This document shows positions 53,903 through 54,479 of a stretch of 54,479 nucleotides of DNA, piece after piece. Location of the stretch: NCBI GenBank assembly GCA_031430225.1, contig JANPAZ010000052.1, positions 1-54,479 on the forward strand, given 5' to 3'. Source of the stretch: Rhodoferax sp. (GTDB lineage Bacteria; Pseudomonadota; Gammaproteobacteria; Burkholderiales; Burkholderiaceae_C). Position 1 is the first letter of the stretch. Every line of letters starts with the position of its first letter. Made by a program: the position numbers and the translations under genes. Under the pieces are notes generated by a model. The model was not told the DNA's origin, did not search any database, and saw only the letters and a list, made by a program, of their open reading frames with translations.

Positions 53903-54479
53903 TTGTCTTTGAGGCAGTGGTTTCCGCCTGGTACGGAATCGTCAGGCGCACCAGTGTCCCGCCTTCATAGCCAGAGCGCATTTCCATGCGACTGGCACCC
54001 GGGTACAGCATGGCCAGGCGGTTGCGGATGTTGTCAAGCCCCAGCCCGGCTTCATCGGTACTGCTTGCAAAAATATCGCCATCCGGCAGGCCCACGCCGG
54101 TGTCCACCACGTCAACCCGCAGCTTGCCGTCCACCACGTCAGCCAGCACGCTGACCCGTCCGCCATCGGGTTTGGGTTCGATACCATGTTTGATGGCGTT
54201 TTCGACCAGGGTTTGCAACACCATGGGGGGGAAAACGGCAGACTCAAGTTGCGCGGGCACCTTGATGTCGAATTCAAGGCGCTCTTCAATTCGCAGCTTC
54301 AGCAGCTCCAGATAGGCGCGAATAAGTTTGACTTCGCGCCCCAGCGTTGACGACTCCTGGCGCATCTGCGGCAAAGCGGCGCGCAAGTAGGCAATCAGCG
54401 TCTTTTGCATGACCGATGCACGCTTGGGGTCCGTCTCAATGAGATAGTCCACCGCCGCCAGCGTGTTGAACAGGAAATG
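53892..54479 (-). CDS. LytS/YehU-type sensor histidine kinase, C-terminal part (5' end outside the window)
   Basis: The frame is open to the window edge. The first codons read 'HFLFNTLAAV' (the His_kinase phospho-acceptor box), followed by a HATPase domain ('ENAIKHG', 'DTGVGL', 'GLGLDNIRNRL'). It overlaps the response regulator start by 11 bp. Confidence 0.85.
   Translation of the reverse strand, partial: HFLFNTLAAVDYLIETDPKRASVMQKTLIAYLRAALPQMRQESSTLGREVKLIRAYLELLKLRIEERLEFDIKVPAQLESAVFPPMVLQTLVENAIKHGIEPKPDGGRVSVLADVVDGKLRVDVVDTGVGLPDGDIFASSTDEAGLGLDNIRNRLAMLYPGASRMEMRSGYEGGTLVRLTIPYQAETTASKTNAV

Noticed and set aside
1-54479. A search by eye for tRNA/rRNA genes, CRISPR repeats, IS inverted repeats, integrase, transposase or phage genes, toxin-antitoxin pairs and known defence-system genes.
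   Set aside because: None were recognised. The intergenic gaps are short or were accounted for above. A tool-based scan (tRNAscan-SE, Infernal/Rfam, ISfinder, DefenseFinder) is still needed to exclude small RNAs and divergent elements.

Overview
The window looks like chromosomal DNA from a GC-rich betaproteobacterium, probably Burkholderiales or Comamonadaceae. That call rests on protein similarity and synteny judged by eye; nothing was computed. I support about 55 protein-coding genes. I recognised no rRNA, tRNA, CRISPR array, IS element, integrase or phage gene.

Layout:
- 1-5.1 kb: a compact, alternating-strand group of membrane-lipid-type genes. These are a His-motif membrane protein, a membrane-anchored class III aminotransferase, phosphatidylserine decarboxylase and a GT4 glycosyltransferase.
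- 5.3-11.3 kb: a chemoreceptor, two convergent small ORFs, a CYTH-CHAD protein and a Tat-exported PhoD phosphatase.
- 11.3-18.9 kb: a YkgJ Cys-cluster protein, an atypical pyruvate-kinase-like protein and an Acg-type nitroreductase. These are followed by a rearranged segment in which decayed duplicate fragments of the nitroreductase and yihY genes flank a DMT/EamA transporter with a very histidine-rich tail. Intact yihY and an AI-2E transporter come next.
- 19.3-24 kb: an M14-like peptidase, PPK2, hydrolases and a ProQ/FinO protein.
- 24.1-30.5 kb: a translationally coupled type III polyketide synthase operon (PKS, methyltransferase, flavoenzyme, ACP, KAS), preceded by orphan genes and a Cys-rich flavodoxin-like protein.
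- 30.7-35.3 kb: housekeeping and detoxification genes (a dehydrogenase, gloB, a NUDIX hydrolase, an MFS transporter and a GNAT).
- 35.3-41.9 kb: the conserved core block glmM-folP-ftsH-rlmE / yhbY / DUF4149-greA.
- 42-53.1 kb: an opp-like operon headed by an extra YejA-size binding protein, transcribed divergently from a yejBEF-like operon.
- 53.1 kb to the end: a LytTR response regulator and a LytS-type kinase that is cut by the window edge.

The best candidates for uncharacterised biology are:
- the type III PKS operon with its own ACP+KAS starter module and its unassigned upstream genes;
- the aminotransferase/psd/GT4 lipid cluster;
- the His-rich DMT transporter sitting in a duplication scar;
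- the pyruvate-kinase-like protein with an enlarged lid and no C-terminal domain.

All functional calls come from motifs read in the translations. No database search was run, and start codons are my best choice from Shine-Dalgarno (SD) context.
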